A stretch of DNA of 64,000 nucleotides from Desulfobacterales bacterium (GCA_963674755.2 CAXXVS010000002.1:2542730-2606729), one strand, 5' to 3'; shown: positions 1-10,085, counted from the stretch's first letter. Program-made: numbers and translations. Notes: generated from the letters alone by a model not told the origin.

Positions 1-336
1 CAAGGGCTGGCCCTGTCGCGAATTGATCATCGTGGCGATGGCCGATGCGCCGAATCGGACCTTGGCGGTGACAAACATGGATGAATTCACCAGAAAGAAA
101 TCCACATCGCCGTTGGCGAGGGCCGAGTTTACCGCGTCGAAATCCAGGGGAACGATTTCAAAGGTTTTCCCGGCAACCTTTTGATTGAGATAATCAGCGG
201 TCGCTTTCCACTGTGCCATGGCCTTGACCGGTCCCCGTTTGGCCAAAACGCCGATCTTGTATTGGTCTCCCGCGAATCCGCCGGTAGCCATCGTCAACAC
301 GAATGCGATTGCAATCACAATAATTCTTTTCATCAT
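1..336 (-). CDS. Phosphate/phosphonate-type ABC substrate-binding protein (PhnD-like), runs off the window edge
   Basis: Manual translation: MMKRIIVIAIAFVLTMATGGFAGDQYKIGVLAKRGPVKAMAQWKATADYLNQKVAGKTFEIVPLDF...GDVDFFLVNSS; signal peptide; AAGGAG RBS just upstream. Confidence 0.75.
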   Translation of the reverse strand, partial: MMKRIIVIAIAFVLTMATGGFAGDQYKIGVLAKRGPVKAMAQWKATADYLNQKVAGKTFEIVPLDFDAVNSALANGDVDFFLVNSSMFVTAKVRFGASAIATMINSRQGQPL

Positions 337-538
337 TAATCTCCTTCAATTGGAATTTGGGAAACATCGGATAGATGCACCCGGGTCATGACACTACAGA
401 CGGTTTCGGAAAACGATCGCGATCGGAGCCGGCTTATCTCGTGTAGGATGGCGGACATCAGCGCGCCAACAAACGAGTCATGGGGGATAACGCCGATAGC
501 GAACGTTTGATAAATCCCACCGCTAAGATGCTGAGGGT

Positions 539-565
539 TTATCGGTGTCGGGAAAATTTTCTTTA
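539..565 (-). promoter_or_regulatory. Putative sigma-28 (FliA) promoter
   Basis: Minus strand reads TAAA-N15-ACCGATAA versus consensus TAAA-N15-GCCGATAA, pointing at the gene starting at 336. Confidence 0.55.
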
Positions 566-668
566 GGGATTTTGCTTCACGGTCATCTGGGGAGGGTTGA
601 GCGGCGGAACGGTATTTACTTGCCGGGGCGACACGGCGTTTTCAATTTGGCGTCAAATTCCAGCACAT

Positions 669-880
669 TAGAAGTCATCTCAAAATCAGGATTTTGGTTT
701 TAGATCAAGGCGGACACGCGTTTTATCCCGCAGAGCGGGACTTCCCATCTGATTGATTCTACAGCGGTGGGTGCCCGCAGGAATTCATTGGTATTTCGAG
801 GACATAAGAGGAGCGTCCAACGCCGATACTTGTCAGCCTTTGGCTGATCGGGCTAAAAGACTTTTTAGAGATCGCTTCTA
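669..880. repeat. Family A MITE-like element, copy A1
   Basis: Imperfect terminal inverted repeats TAGAAGTCATCTCAAAA / TTTTAGAGATCGCTTCTA; internal CCCGC..GCGGGACTT..CTGAT..CAGCGGTGGGTG and TATTTCGAGGA shared with 20543-20731. Confidence 0.65.
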
Positions 881-942
881 TATAAAACGGAACCTCTGGA
901 CAAAGGACCGCAAAAGGTCGTGCCCCGCATCAGACCGCCTCT

Positions 943-1419
943 TTAGGAGGCCAGGATCTTTGCAATCATTTCGTCACGCTCGCGATCGGAGATGTAAGGC
1001 ATCGTTTTTATGCGAAGGATCTCATCTTCACGCCCCCTTTTTCTGGCAGCGGCCGCTTCGGCGCGGATGAGGAGGTAGTCCAAATCACACGGTTTGATCA
1101 GAAAATCGGCCGCCCCCAATTTCATGGCCGCGATGGCGGAAGGCACCGTTGCATGACCGGTCAGCATGATAACCTCCACCAGGGGGTAGCGCTTCTTAAT
1201 CGCTTGCACCACTTCAAAACCGTCGCTGCCGGGCATCCGGACGTCGAGAACCACGACGTCAATCGTGTCTTTTTTTTCCAACAGCATCAGCGCTTCAGTG
1301 CCGGAAAAGGCGCAGTCCGCCCGGAATCCCCTTTGGTCCAATCGTGTCGCCAGCGTTTCGATAAACAGCCGTTCATCATCGACAAGCAGAAAATGGATGG
1401 GCATCATCGCGGTCTCCAC
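943..1419 (-). CDS. Single-domain response regulator (REC)
   Basis: LLVDDE, VVVLDVRMPG, MLTGH, FLIKP motifs. Confidence 0.92.
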   Translation of the reverse strand: METAMMPIHFLLVDDERLFIETLATRLDQRGFRADCAFSGTEALMLLEKKDTIDVVVLDVRMPGSDGFEVVQAIKKRYPLVEVIMLTGHATVPSAIAAMKLGAADFLIKPCDLDYLLIRAEAAAARKRGREDEILRIKTMPYISDRERDEMIAKILAS

Positions 1420-1448
1420 TGGCCTTGATATCCATGTCGGCGATCCGG

Positions 1449-2315
1449 TTATGACGTGACGAAGGTAAGTTCCGGCAACGACCGGGCGGCGGCCAAACCC
1501 ATTTCATAGCCCTCCCTGAGTTTGGCGGAATCCGTGGTCATACGGCCGACCGCAAAATCGCGGGGTGGCGCGACAACCCGGATACGGCACCCCGCGGGCG
1601 GATTTTCAACAAAGTCGATGGATTGGTTGTATCGTTCGGCACGGCTGATCATGGCTTCCGCCAGCCGAGGGGTTTTCGCCAGCAGGCGTCGTAAAAACCA
1701 GGGCGAGCGCGGTGGCTGTTTCCGGTAGCCATTGGGGCGGGAGAGGATCACGGTAATATCCCGCGCGCCCATGCGGTGCGCCTTTACAACCGGTATCGAG
1801 TCGGCCACGCCGCCGTCCGTCATGGGCTCTCCGTCGATCATCGTGAAATTGCGGTATACGATGGGGACGGAGCAGGACGCTTTGAGCAGTTGTTCCAGGT
1901 TTTCCGGCGTGGCCCTGATGTAGGCCGCCTGGCCATCGGCGACCTTGGTGGTCACGACGTAGAGCGGAATCGGTTGTGCGGCAAACGCTTCGAGGTCGAG
2001 CCGGATTTCCCGGATCGTAATATCCCAGAGCCAATCGAGATCGAGCCAGTGTCCCCCGCGAAGGAAACGCTTGAAAGAGATGAATTGCGGCCGGCAGGAG
2101 TAGTCCGTGATGACTTTATGGTTGCGGCCCCGTTGATGAGACAGCCAGGCCGCCAGGTTGGTGGACCCGGCGGAAACCCCAAGGCAAACATCGAAGGGCC
2201 GGTAGCCCTGGTCGCTGAAACCGTCCAGAACGCCCGTTGCAAAAATGCCGCGCATCCCGCCGCCCTCGACGACCAGGGCACGCTTTGTCGCATGATCGGT
2301 TGGTGTCTGATCCAT
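1449..2315 (-). CDS. Patatin-like phospholipase
   Basis: EGGGMRG, GVSAG nucleophile elbow, DGG motif; start placed at MDQTPT (ORF track extends to 2417). Confidence 0.9.
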   Translation of the reverse strand: MDQTPTDHATKRALVVEGGGMRGIFATGVLDGFSDQGYRPFDVCLGVSAGSTNLAAWLSHQRGRNHKVITDYSCRPQFISFKRFLRGGHWLDLDWLWDITIREIRLDLEAFAAQPIPLYVVTTKVADGQAAYIRATPENLEQLLKASCSVPIVYRNFTMIDGEPMTDGGVADSIPVVKAHRMGARDITVILSRPNGYRKQPPRSPWFLRRLLAKTPRLAEAMISRAERYNQSIDFVENPPAGCRIRVVAPPRDFAVGRMTTDSAKLREGYEMGLAAARSLPELTFVTS

Positions 2316-2413
2316 TTTTTCTATCTTTTTATGCGTTAACCCGCCCACTTCGTCATGAATCATAGATAGGGCTTTTTTATGGCTGCGGGAAAGTCTCTTC
2401 CAGGTTCCCAATT

Positions 2414-3385
2414 TCATGATCGAAACACGATCAGGGCAGCATACTTTCTCATGATATTGTTGTTCAAATCCTGGAAAGCCTTGTAGATCCAGGGGTGCAA
2501 AGTATGCGTATCGGCTATGATGAAAGTTGTGGGCGCCAGGCCGATTTCATCCAGAAAAAATACAAACGCCTCGAGCATGCCATTCTGGTGTTCTCCTACG
2601 ACACAGACATTCAGCATGCTCTCTTTTAGAAAGGCGTCCGCCTGGCTGCGAAGGTTGTAAAAAAGCCAATTCTCCTCGTTCGCGCAGTGCAGCGCGCCAA
2701 ATAAGATAACATGGCGTTCCCCGGGAATAAAGGCCCTCCAGAAGTTGGCGGCAATGGCGCGATCGCGCGCACCCGATTGCCCGGATTGTCTCTTTTCATG
2801 TTGCGCGGTTTCTTCGATTCCGCAAATTCTAATAGACGGATTCCTGGCTTTGGCGGCCCTCATAATCCCCAGGCCATCGACCCCCAGCAAAGGGAAATAG
2901 GGCCGTCCGGCATTCAGGCGCCTGTGGATACGGTTCAATGTCTCAGCGGTCGCCTCTAACATGAGGGTGTCGACGCTGTATCCAGCGAAAAAGGCTTGGG
3001 CCAGAAAAGCGCGGGTTGCCTCTTCATGAAGCTCGCCGAGACAGATCACCTGGTATGGAGAATGGTCTACCTCGTTCAGCCACGGTTCCAAGGAACGCAT
3101 GCGGGTCGTCAGATTTTCCTCGATCGCTTCTCTTTTGGTTGGCGCTAGCTGAAAAAAGCGTTTCACCGTTGCTTCGGCCCGGGCATGATAAAAAGCATGG
3201 CTAACCCCTGCGGTATTCTCAACCTTTGCAGGCGGTTGCGGAAACTCGGTTTTGATCCAGTTGTACGCGGTCATTAAAAGCAGGATAATGACATATCCGC
3301 TTAGGATGGCCAAAATCACACGGGCCAATGGGGAGTGCATCGCGGGTGCTCCGCTGGTTGGGGAAATCTCTTCCACATCCGGCAC
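2414..3385 (-). CDS. Membrane-anchored hypothetical protein, possible ChaN/EreA-like fold
   Basis: N-terminal TM helix; ICLGELHE, TLMLE, RDRAIA, LFGALH motifs resemble ChaN/TIKI superfamily. Confidence 0.55.
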   Translation of the reverse strand: MPDVEEISPTSGAPAMHSPLARVILAILSGYVIILLLMTAYNWIKTEFPQPPAKVENTAGVSHAFYHARAEATVKRFFQLAPTKREAIEENLTTRMRSLEPWLNEVDHSPYQVICLGELHEEATRAFLAQAFFAGYSVDTLMLEATAETLNRIHRRLNAGRPYFPLLGVDGLGIMRAAKARNPSIRICGIEETAQHEKRQSGQSGARDRAIAANFWRAFIPGERHVILFGALHCANEENWLFYNLRSQADAFLKESMLNVCVVGEHQNGMLEAFVFFLDEIGLAPTTFIIADTHTLHPWIYKAFQDLNNNIMRKYAALIVFRS

Positions 3386-4509
3386 TAGCGTGTTAAATCG
3401 GCAAGGGCCCTTTCCACTTCCTGGTTGACCAGCTCGCCGTCTCCGCCCCTCATCGCGCGGAGTGCGGATTCGGCCTCCCGGCCTCCGATCCTGCCGAGTG
3501 CCCAGGCCGCCATCCCTCTTACGCGTTCGTCGCTGTTTTCTTTCATGGCCCGGATCAGATCCGGGACATATCGGCGATCACGGCTGTTGCCCATCACCCG
3601 GGAGGTGTTCATCTTCCAGCGCCAGATATCCTCATATGACATATAGAACATATGAGGCCAGATCTTGGTTTCGAAGTAGACTTTGTCCATGTGGAGCAGC
3701 GAAGGCAAGTCGAAATACGGCGCCTTGGCCACCACCTTTTCGTTTAAGGGCCTTTCCTGTGCCAGCCAGGGCTGATTGCGCGGGCAGACATTCTGGCAGC
3801 GGTCGCAGCCGTAGACATACATGCCCATGGGTTCTCGGAGCTCGAGGGGGGTCAGGCCATCTCCAAAATAGGAGAGAAAGGAGACGCATTTGCGGGGATC
3901 GATCCGGCCGTTGCCTTTCAAGGCCCGGGTGGGACAGGCTGCAATACAGGCGTTGCGGCACCAGTCCGGGCAGCCGTTCTCGATAGTCGGTATCCCGGGT
4001 TCGAAAGCCTTGTCGATAACCACCGCGATGGGAAGCGTCCATGAACCCTCCCGGGCCACGGTGTTGGAGTAGAAGAGGCAGTTTTTCCCGAAAGTTCCCA
4101 TGCCCGCACGGGCCGCGGCCACACGGTGCGGCAGATTGAAGGGTACCTTGGAATTGATGCCGTGATCGCGCAGGAATCCCCTGAACGCCTTGATGCGCTG
4201 ATAGAGGCCGTCGTGGGTCACTCGGTCGTCATCCAGGTAGCAGCGACCGAAGTGCCCCTCCATCGATCGGGGATAGGCTTGGCGGAAATAGACCTCCATG
4301 AGGACAATGATGGTTTGGGCCTCCGGCATGATGGCCCTGGGGTCTGTGCCATTGAGGAGTTCCAGTCCGACGGCTTCGGCCCAGGCGTATTCCGCGCGCA
4401 TTTCAAGCAGCCGTTCCCTGTGCGCCGTAAAAGGTTCGGCCGTCGTAAAGCCGACATCTTCGAACCCCAATTCCCGGCCCCGCGCGACAACGGTTTCTCT
4501 GGTGAGCAT
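3385..4509 (-). CDS. Epoxyqueuosine reductase (QueG)-like 4Fe-4S protein with C-terminal HEAT repeat
   Basis: AARAGMGTFGKN, CPDWCRNACIAACPT, YGCDRCQNVCPRN, VRGMAAWALGRIG. Confidence 0.8.
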   Translation of the reverse strand: MLTRETVVARGRELGFEDVGFTTAEPFTAHRERLLEMRAEYAWAEAVGLELLNGTDPRAIMPEAQTIIVLMEVYFRQAYPRSMEGHFGRCYLDDDRVTHDGLYQRIKAFRGFLRDHGINSKVPFNLPHRVAAARAGMGTFGKNCLFYSNTVAREGSWTLPIAVVIDKAFEPGIPTIENGCPDWCRNACIAACPTRALKGNGRIDPRKCVSFLSYFGDGLTPLELREPMGMYVYGCDRCQNVCPRNQPWLAQERPLNEKVVAKAPYFDLPSLLHMDKVYFETKIWPHMFYMSYEDIWRWKMNTSRVMGNSRDRRYVPDLIRAMKENSDERVRGMAAWALGRIGGREAESALRAMRGGDGELVNQEVERALADLTR

Positions 4510-4708
4510 GGCCTCTCCTTGCTACCCGTGCAGATACGGATCCATGTGTTGCCGGTGATGGCAGACGATATGTACAACTTTGGAGAAAAATTTGCAAAGA
4601 TGGACCTGCGGCACCAGGCGGCTGGCGGTGTTTCATGCTTTGTGATAAATTTGTTCACTGGCCCGGAACGACGGGATCTGACATTGTTAGGAAATTCGGC
4701 GCGGAACA

Positions 4709-5191
4709 ATGCCAAGGGGCGGATGTCCACCTGTTGTTGCTTCGCGCGTCCGCAGGTTGGTTAAAAGGCAAACCAGCGTGGGATCCATAGACGCCATTAC
4801 CGACAAGGCCCAAAATCTCACCATTGTCACGGGGACCGGCCCGTTGACGGCGGATGAGCTTATCGACTGGGTTCAGCAGTATTATGCCGGCGAAGTTACC
4901 CGCTTTATCCTGTGGGATTTGACCAAAGCGACCCTCTCGGCCATTTCGTTTGAAGAGGTGGAGGCACATGCCAAATCCTTCAACCGGTTGACAGGGCCGC
5001 GCCAGGGCGGCCGGTCGGCGTTTGTTTTCGACTCAGACCTGGAGTACGGATTGGGCCGGATGTATCAAGCCCTGTCTGAAATTGAAAACGTCCCCATTGA
5101 ATTTCAAACCTTCCGGGATATCGACGAAGCCCGCCAATGGCTGGGATTGGATGATGCCGGGACGGCCCTTGCCGGGGCCGATGAGGCTTAA
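4709..5191 (+). CDS. STAS/SpoIIAA-like hypothetical protein (start uncertain, possibly GTG 4778)
   Basis: ILWDLT, RSAFVF..DLEYGLGRMY, FRDIDEARQWL typical of SpoIIAA-like/STAS-SEC14 proteins. Confidence 0.65.
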   Translation: MPRGGCPPVVASRVRRLVKRQTSVGSIDAITDKAQNLTIVTGTGPLTADELIDWVQQYYAGEVTRFILWDLTKATLSAISFEEVEAHAKSFNRLTGPRQGGRSAFVFDSDLEYGLGRMYQALSEIENVPIEFQTFRDIDEARQWLGLDDAGTALAGADEA

Positions 5192-5277
5192 GGATCCGGC
5201 TGATCGCAAGGCCGCCATCCCATCGGCCGCGGAAGCATCCCTGCCTGAGTGTCTGCATGCCCCCGTCGCAAGGCGCC

Positions 5278-5709
5278 TCATTGGGGAGCGGCCGGGCGCC
5301 AGACCTCGTCATCCGGGGTTACATGCAGGGTGAGTCCTGTCCTGCTGCGGATGCGCACCGGGCTCCCCTGCTCAATGGGCGGCCCGTCCCCGGCGCGCAC
5401 CGCTTTCCAGCGCTCGCCGCGCACCTGGACGTAGCCGGAAGGATTCAACCTGCTTTTGGCGATGCCCAACTCACCGATCATGCTGCCGGCGGCACCCGGC
5501 GCGTCCTGATCGTAAGCCCGCCAGACGAAGGGAAACAGCACCGCATCTTTTATGATCCAGCCGCAAACAAGACCCCAGAAGAGCCCATCGGGCATCATCC
5601 ACCACTGCCGGACGACCAGGAGCGCAAGCACCACTACTGCCAGCTCGATCAGTTGCAGTGCGACATAACGCACGTAGACCGATGGTTTTATGATGCCTTT
5701 GGGATGCAT
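5278..5709 (-). CDS. NfeD-like membrane protein
   Basis: Two TM helices then SMIGELGIA..LNPSGYVQVRGERWKA OB-fold. Confidence 0.8.
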   Translation of the reverse strand: MHPKGIIKPSVYVRYVALQLIELAVVVLALLVVRQWWMMPDGLFWGLVCGWIIKDAVLFPFVWRAYDQDAPGAAGSMIGELGIAKSRLNPSGYVQVRGERWKAVRAGDGPPIEQGSPVRIRSRTGLTLHVTPDDEVWRPAAPQ

Positions 5710-5740
5710 CGTGCGATCCGACGGGCAGAGCCCCCGTGCC

Positions 5741-6193
5741 TCACGGCTTTGGCTTCTTGCCCTTTTCCTTGCCCTGGTGCTTGGCGTTGTCGCCGCCGTT
5801 CTCACCGTAGAGATCCTGATGCTGTTTCAAGGCGTGAAATTCTTTTGAGCCGGGCTTGATGCCGAGACTCTTGGCCAGCACCCCCCAGCCCTGGCCCTTA
5901 TGATCATCGTAGCGTTCGACCACGCGCCCGATGGGCTGACCGGCGATCTCACCCAGCCGGAAAAGCATATAGGCCTCGGCCGGACTCGGAACATGGGCCA
6001 ATACGGCATCGATTTCCAAATACCCTATTTTGAAACGCGCCTCCATCCTGGCCCGAAAGTCCATGGGGTTGGCCTCGGCGCGAGTGTTAACGTCCCGCAT
6101 CCAGCCGAAATCCCCTGATGCCAAGACGGCCGCGCCAACCAAAATGACGGCCAGCACCATACTAAATCGTAAAATAAGCTTCATGGTCCGCAT
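5741..6193 (-). CDS. Exported hypothetical protein
   Basis: Signal peptide; GWGVLAKSLGIKPGSKEFHALK segment; Lys-rich tail. Confidence 0.7.
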   Translation of the reverse strand: MRTMKLILRFSMVLAVILVGAAVLASGDFGWMRDVNTRAEANPMDFRARMEARFKIGYLEIDAVLAHVPSPAEAYMLFRLGEIAGQPIGRVVERYDDHKGQGWGVLAKSLGIKPGSKEFHALKQHQDLYGENGGDNAKHQGKEKGKKPKP

Positions 6194-6305
6194 CCTTTCC
6201 GTATTTCAGCTATCGATAGGAAACACTCAGGACCTGTTTTTCATCGGCCGCACTTTGTATAGCCTGGGGAACCCAAATTATCAAATGCGGGGCCTATTTA
6301 GATCA

Positions 6306-7175
6306 CTAAAAATTCTCCCTGATTCTTAGAAAGGAAGGGAATCGTGGTATACCCGACGCATAAAAACCGTAATATTTGAACGTGATAAGTGATCCGACAG
6401 GAGGCGGATTTTCTCTTACGGCATCGGAAAACCCGGTACCGATCTTGAACTCAATAGTTTTATCCGGCAAAGCCACCAGCAAGGCCCCCATTCGGCCCGC
6501 GTTCCTGCCCTTCCCTGGAAGCTGCGCGATCACCACGGCTTCCATATCGTCGTAGCTTTTGACCTTCAGGATGTCCCGGCTGCGCCCGGGGGAATAGGGG
6601 GATCCGCGTCTTCTGAGGATGATGCCCTCTCCACCGAGCTTTTCGATGCGATGAAGCTCACTGTCCAAATACTTCTGATTTACCACCGGCCGGTGTTCGA
6701 TGACAAACGCATATGCGGAAGGATGTTCGTCAAACCACTTGGCGGCTTGGCTCAATCGCGTTTCAAATCCACCGGGGGCTTCGGGGGCATCGAATATGGC
6801 GAACTGCAATTCCAGCCACCCGTCGTGCGACCCTTGTTGCTTGACGATACCGATGGTCTTTTCAAAGGTGTTGCGTCCCCCCCAGAGTTCCCCTTCAACC
6901 GGAAAATCCGGGAAATTGCGGGTAAACGCCGCAGGCGGATCGAAGGGGTTTCCACTCTTGGATAAGAGCCGATGGCCGTCCCAATAGCCCCTCACTCCGT
7001 CAAGTTTCTCGCTCATCAGCCAGTCGGAAAAATTAATGTGGCCGTCGTATACAAGCGGCAGCATGACATCCGAAGCATGTATATATGATCCCGGAAAAAC
7101 CGTCAGGATAACAATCAGAAGAACCATATACTTCGAAATGGTGCCATCACGAAACGCTTCCTCATTGATGATCAT
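6306..7175 (-). CDS. Minimal ATP-dependent DNA ligase with hydrophobic leader (Lig E type)
   Basis: SEKLDGVR (motif I), VEGELW, FAIFD, EGIILR, LKVK, C-terminal OB fold IPRFP; hydrophobic N-terminal segment. Confidence 0.9.
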   Translation of the reverse strand: MIINEEAFRDGTISKYMVLLIVILTVFPGSYIHASDVMLPLVYDGHINFSDWLMSEKLDGVRGYWDGHRLLSKSGNPFDPPAAFTRNFPDFPVEGELWGGRNTFEKTIGIVKQQGSHDGWLELQFAIFDAPEAPGGFETRLSQAAKWFDEHPSAYAFVIEHRPVVNQKYLDSELHRIEKLGGEGIILRRRGSPYSPGRSRDILKVKSYDDMEAVVIAQLPGKGRNAGRMGALLVALPDKTIEFKIGTGFSDAVRENPPPVGSLITFKYYGFYASGIPRFPSFLRIRENF

Positions 7176-7262
7176 TTTTTATGCTTTCATGGTTTGTTCG
7201 GACTGGATGGAATTCACCTTTCAGAAGATCAAATGCTGCTAACGCTAATGGAAAAGCTCCGC

Positions 7263-8273
7263 TCAAAAAGTATTCTGGGACCCGGTTCGCTCGGCGGGCG
7301 TTATATCCTTCGGGAGCGCGGCCGCCCCTAAATCCGGCGTCCGCGACGGCGGCAGGAAGGTCGACATTTCGATGCCCATGGGCTCGGACGGCGCGGTCTC
7401 GTCTTTGCCGGCACTCTTGGGGGGCAGGATGGTCTCGATAGCCACCCGGTAGACCCGGGCCAGATGATGGGCCACTTCCGTCATGGGCAGGCCGGCCTCC
7501 ACGGCGGCCAGATAGGCGTCTACGGCCCCATTGGGATCGCCCCGGCGCTCATGGAGCTGCCCCAGGACCACCAGGGCCTCCTGGCGCTCCCGGCCAGTCG
7601 CTTCGTTGGCCGCGCCGTCGATCAGCGCCGCCGCCAGGTCGTCATCCGTCTGACCGAAGAAGAGCAGGTAGCCCGCAAAGAGCCGGTAGCGCACACTTCC
7701 TGTCAGCGGATCGGCCGTCTCGGCCATCTTTTGGCGCATCTCGCCCAAACGGCCCGGCGTGATGCCCATGGTATCGTTGGCCAGCAGCCGGAGGGGAATA
7801 TCTTCTTCCAGGATGGCCTCCACCTCCGCCCGTCGATCCGCCATGACCAAAGGGTAGAGCTGATTCAGGCTTACCCCGGCCGCCTTGAGCGGCGCGCGTT
7901 CCTTGTGGACCTGGGCCACCATGATGAAGGGCTGCAGGTCTGCCTCCAGCTCCGGGTCCGCTGCAATGGCTTGCCGGTAATGCGATAGCGCTCCGGGATA
8001 GTCTTCCTGGATTAAGGATATGTTACCCAGGGCGGCGTGGGCCGGTCCGTAATCCGGGTCCATTGCGATGACCGCTTCGAAGCCCTCTCCGGCCCCCGCA
8101 TAGTCGCCCTCTTTGTAGAGCTTGCAGGCCCCCTGGTAGCGATGCAGGGTCTCTTTGCGGTAGAGTTCGGTTCGCAGACCGCTGCAGGACCAAAGGAGTG
8201 CAAGAAGAAAAATCACCAAAACTAAGAATCCAATGGTGCGGATCGGTGTCCCTATCAGTATTCTGTTTTCCAT
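7263..8273 (-). CDS. TPR-repeat lipoprotein
   Basis: Lipobox-like LWSC; TPRs such as FEAVIAMDPDYGPAHAALGNI and YRQAIAADP. Confidence 0.8.
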   Translation of the reverse strand: MENRILIGTPIRTIGFLVLVIFLLALLWSCSGLRTELYRKETLHRYQGACKLYKEGDYAGAGEGFEAVIAMDPDYGPAHAALGNISLIQEDYPGALSHYRQAIAADPELEADLQPFIMVAQVHKERAPLKAAGVSLNQLYPLVMADRRAEVEAILEEDIPLRLLANDTMGITPGRLGEMRQKMAETADPLTGSVRYRLFAGYLLFFGQTDDDLAAALIDGAANEATGRERQEALVVLGQLHERRGDPNGAVDAYLAAVEAGLPMTEVAHHLARVYRVAIETILPPKSAGKDETAPSEPMGIEMSTFLPPSRTPDLGAAALPKDITPAERTGSQNTF

Positions 8274-8291
8274 TCCTCATTACCTCTGTTT

Positions 8292-10085
8292 TTAAAACCG
8301 CAGTCCCATGCCCACTTCCACCTGCTTTTCAAACTCGAACGCTGCGCGGTTACCCAGCGACGCATAGGTCACCACCTGGTAACGGTGCAGAAATTCCCGG
8401 CGATATTCCACCCGCCCGAAAGCGTTAAAGCCGCTGTCCTCGGCGTTCTCACTGTAACGGCCCTGGAGCTGCACCCCCCAGCGCCGGTTGTCCCAGTCCA
8501 GGCGCAGATTGGTTTCCTCATAGGGGGAGAGCGTGGAGGCGTCGATGCTGCGTCGGATCCATTCCAGCGCCACCCGGGCGGTCTGCTCCTCCCGCCGGTA
8601 AGCTGTGTCCAAGGTAAAACGCCAGGTGCCGCTGGCCTCCGCATCGACGCGGTTCACCTGCAAACTGGACGTCCACCAGGGGTTCCATTGGTGGGTGGCC
8701 GTCCCCAGGAAAGTGTTGCTGGTGCCGAATTCATTCTCCTGGCCGTACCAGTTGAGAAAAAAGGTGTCCCGCTCGCCGGCGGCAAAACGCAGGGAGGCAT
8801 CCATTTCACGCAGGGTTTCATCGTCGCTGTGGCGGTTGAGATCAAAAAACTGCATGGTGAAGATGGGGTTTTTAAAGTAGCGCCAGGTGCTGGGGAGAAC
8901 GACGTCGGCACCGGCCTCAATACCCCTGGCATCCGTGGTGACCCCGTGCAGCGGGTCGGCAAAATCGGCGAAAAAGTTCTCCCCCAGGTCGATGTAGCCG
9001 CCTGTCAACCGCAGCCGCCCCTGATCGAAGGCCGCCAGGGCCGTATAGCCGTTGTCAGTGCCCTTCACAGTGTCCTCGGTGTGAGCATATTCCACGGACA
9101 ACGTTAAAGGCTCGATAATGGGCACCAGCAGGTCGGCGGCCATGGCCTGGTTGCGGTAGCGGTCCTCGCCGCCGTCGGCCAGCCGGGCCTCCTGGTGGGT
9201 GAAACCCGCCCCCCAGCGCCAGCCGCCGTCCTCCCCGAAACGCAAACGGGCCGCCGCCCCGGAGGCCTCCGTGTCCACATCCCCCTCGGTGGTGAAGGCC
9301 AGCCCCGTAGCCTGCCAGGCCCCCAACGCCTGGTCCGCCCGGAAGCCGAACTTCTTGCGTGCGCTTTTATAATCGCTGAAGAGTTTGATGGGGTCTTCAA
9401 AGTCCCCCAGGCTGTCCCGGAACACCCCCTTGATCCGGCCCTCGGCCCAACGCTGCTCCACAAAGGCCTGGCTGGCGTCATAGTTGGTGTCCCCGCCGGG
9501 ATAGGTGTCGATGGCGTCCAGGACGCCGTCCGCCCGGCGGGTGTCGTCGGCATAGGAAAGCCGGGTGCGCACCCGCACCTGTCCTGAATCTTCATGGTTT
9601 TCCCCGTCATGACGCCAGAAGGAAGACACCGCGCCGCTGATCTTATAGCGGTGCTCTTCCGGCGGGAGAAGTTCCGGTACAGGGCCGCCTGGCGCGGCCG
9701 GCATCGCGGCGATGCGGGCCGCCACCACGCTGCGGCCAATCGTGCCGTCCTTGAAACGCGCCTCGAAGACCAGCTGGTAGTTGCCCTCGGGCAGCCGGTC
9801 GCCATTGGCATCCCGGCCGTTCCATTCAAAGATGTGGTCTCCCGCCAAAAGTTCGATAAAACGCTCTTGGAGGACCACCTGTCCCCGGAAGTCACGGATA
9901 CGCACCGCCACCTCTTCGGCATCCTTGCGCAGCTCGTAGGGCACGACAAGCGGCCCCTTGTCCGGGTCGAAGATGCCTGCATCGTTCAACGGGATATTCA
10001 GGTTCTGTTGCGCTGTCGATGGGCGAGGGAAAACCATCAGCGAGACGAAAAGAAGTGTTGCGCAGATGAACCGGGATCGAACCAT
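8292..10085 (-). CDS. FlgD-Ig-like domain fused to a predicted outer-membrane beta-barrel
   Basis: Start MVRSRF overlaps the upstream stop; signal peptide; VRIRDFRGQVV..FEWNGRDANGDRLPEGNY (FlgD Ig motif); amphipathic strands; C-terminal Phe (VGMGLRF). Confidence 0.75.
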   Translation of the reverse strand: MVRSRFICATLLFVSLMVFPRPSTAQQNLNIPLNDAGIFDPDKGPLVVPYELRKDAEEVAVRIRDFRGQVVLQERFIELLAGDHIFEWNGRDANGDRLPEGNYQLVFEARFKDGTIGRSVVAARIAAMPAAPGGPVPELLPPEEHRYKISGAVSSFWRHDGENHEDSGQVRVRTRLSYADDTRRADGVLDAIDTYPGGDTNYDASQAFVEQRWAEGRIKGVFRDSLGDFEDPIKLFSDYKSARKKFGFRADQALGAWQATGLAFTTEGDVDTEASGAAARLRFGEDGGWRWGAGFTHQEARLADGGEDRYRNQAMAADLLVPIIEPLTLSVEYAHTEDTVKGTDNGYTALAAFDQGRLRLTGGYIDLGENFFADFADPLHGVTTDARGIEAGADVVLPSTWRYFKNPIFTMQFFDLNRHSDDETLREMDASLRFAAGERDTFFLNWYGQENEFGTSNTFLGTATHQWNPWWTSSLQVNRVDAEASGTWRFTLDTAYRREEQTARVALEWIRRSIDASTLSPYEETNLRLDWDNRRWGVQLQGRYSENAEDSGFNAFGRVEYRREFLHRYQVVTYASLGNRAAFEFEKQVEVGMGLRF

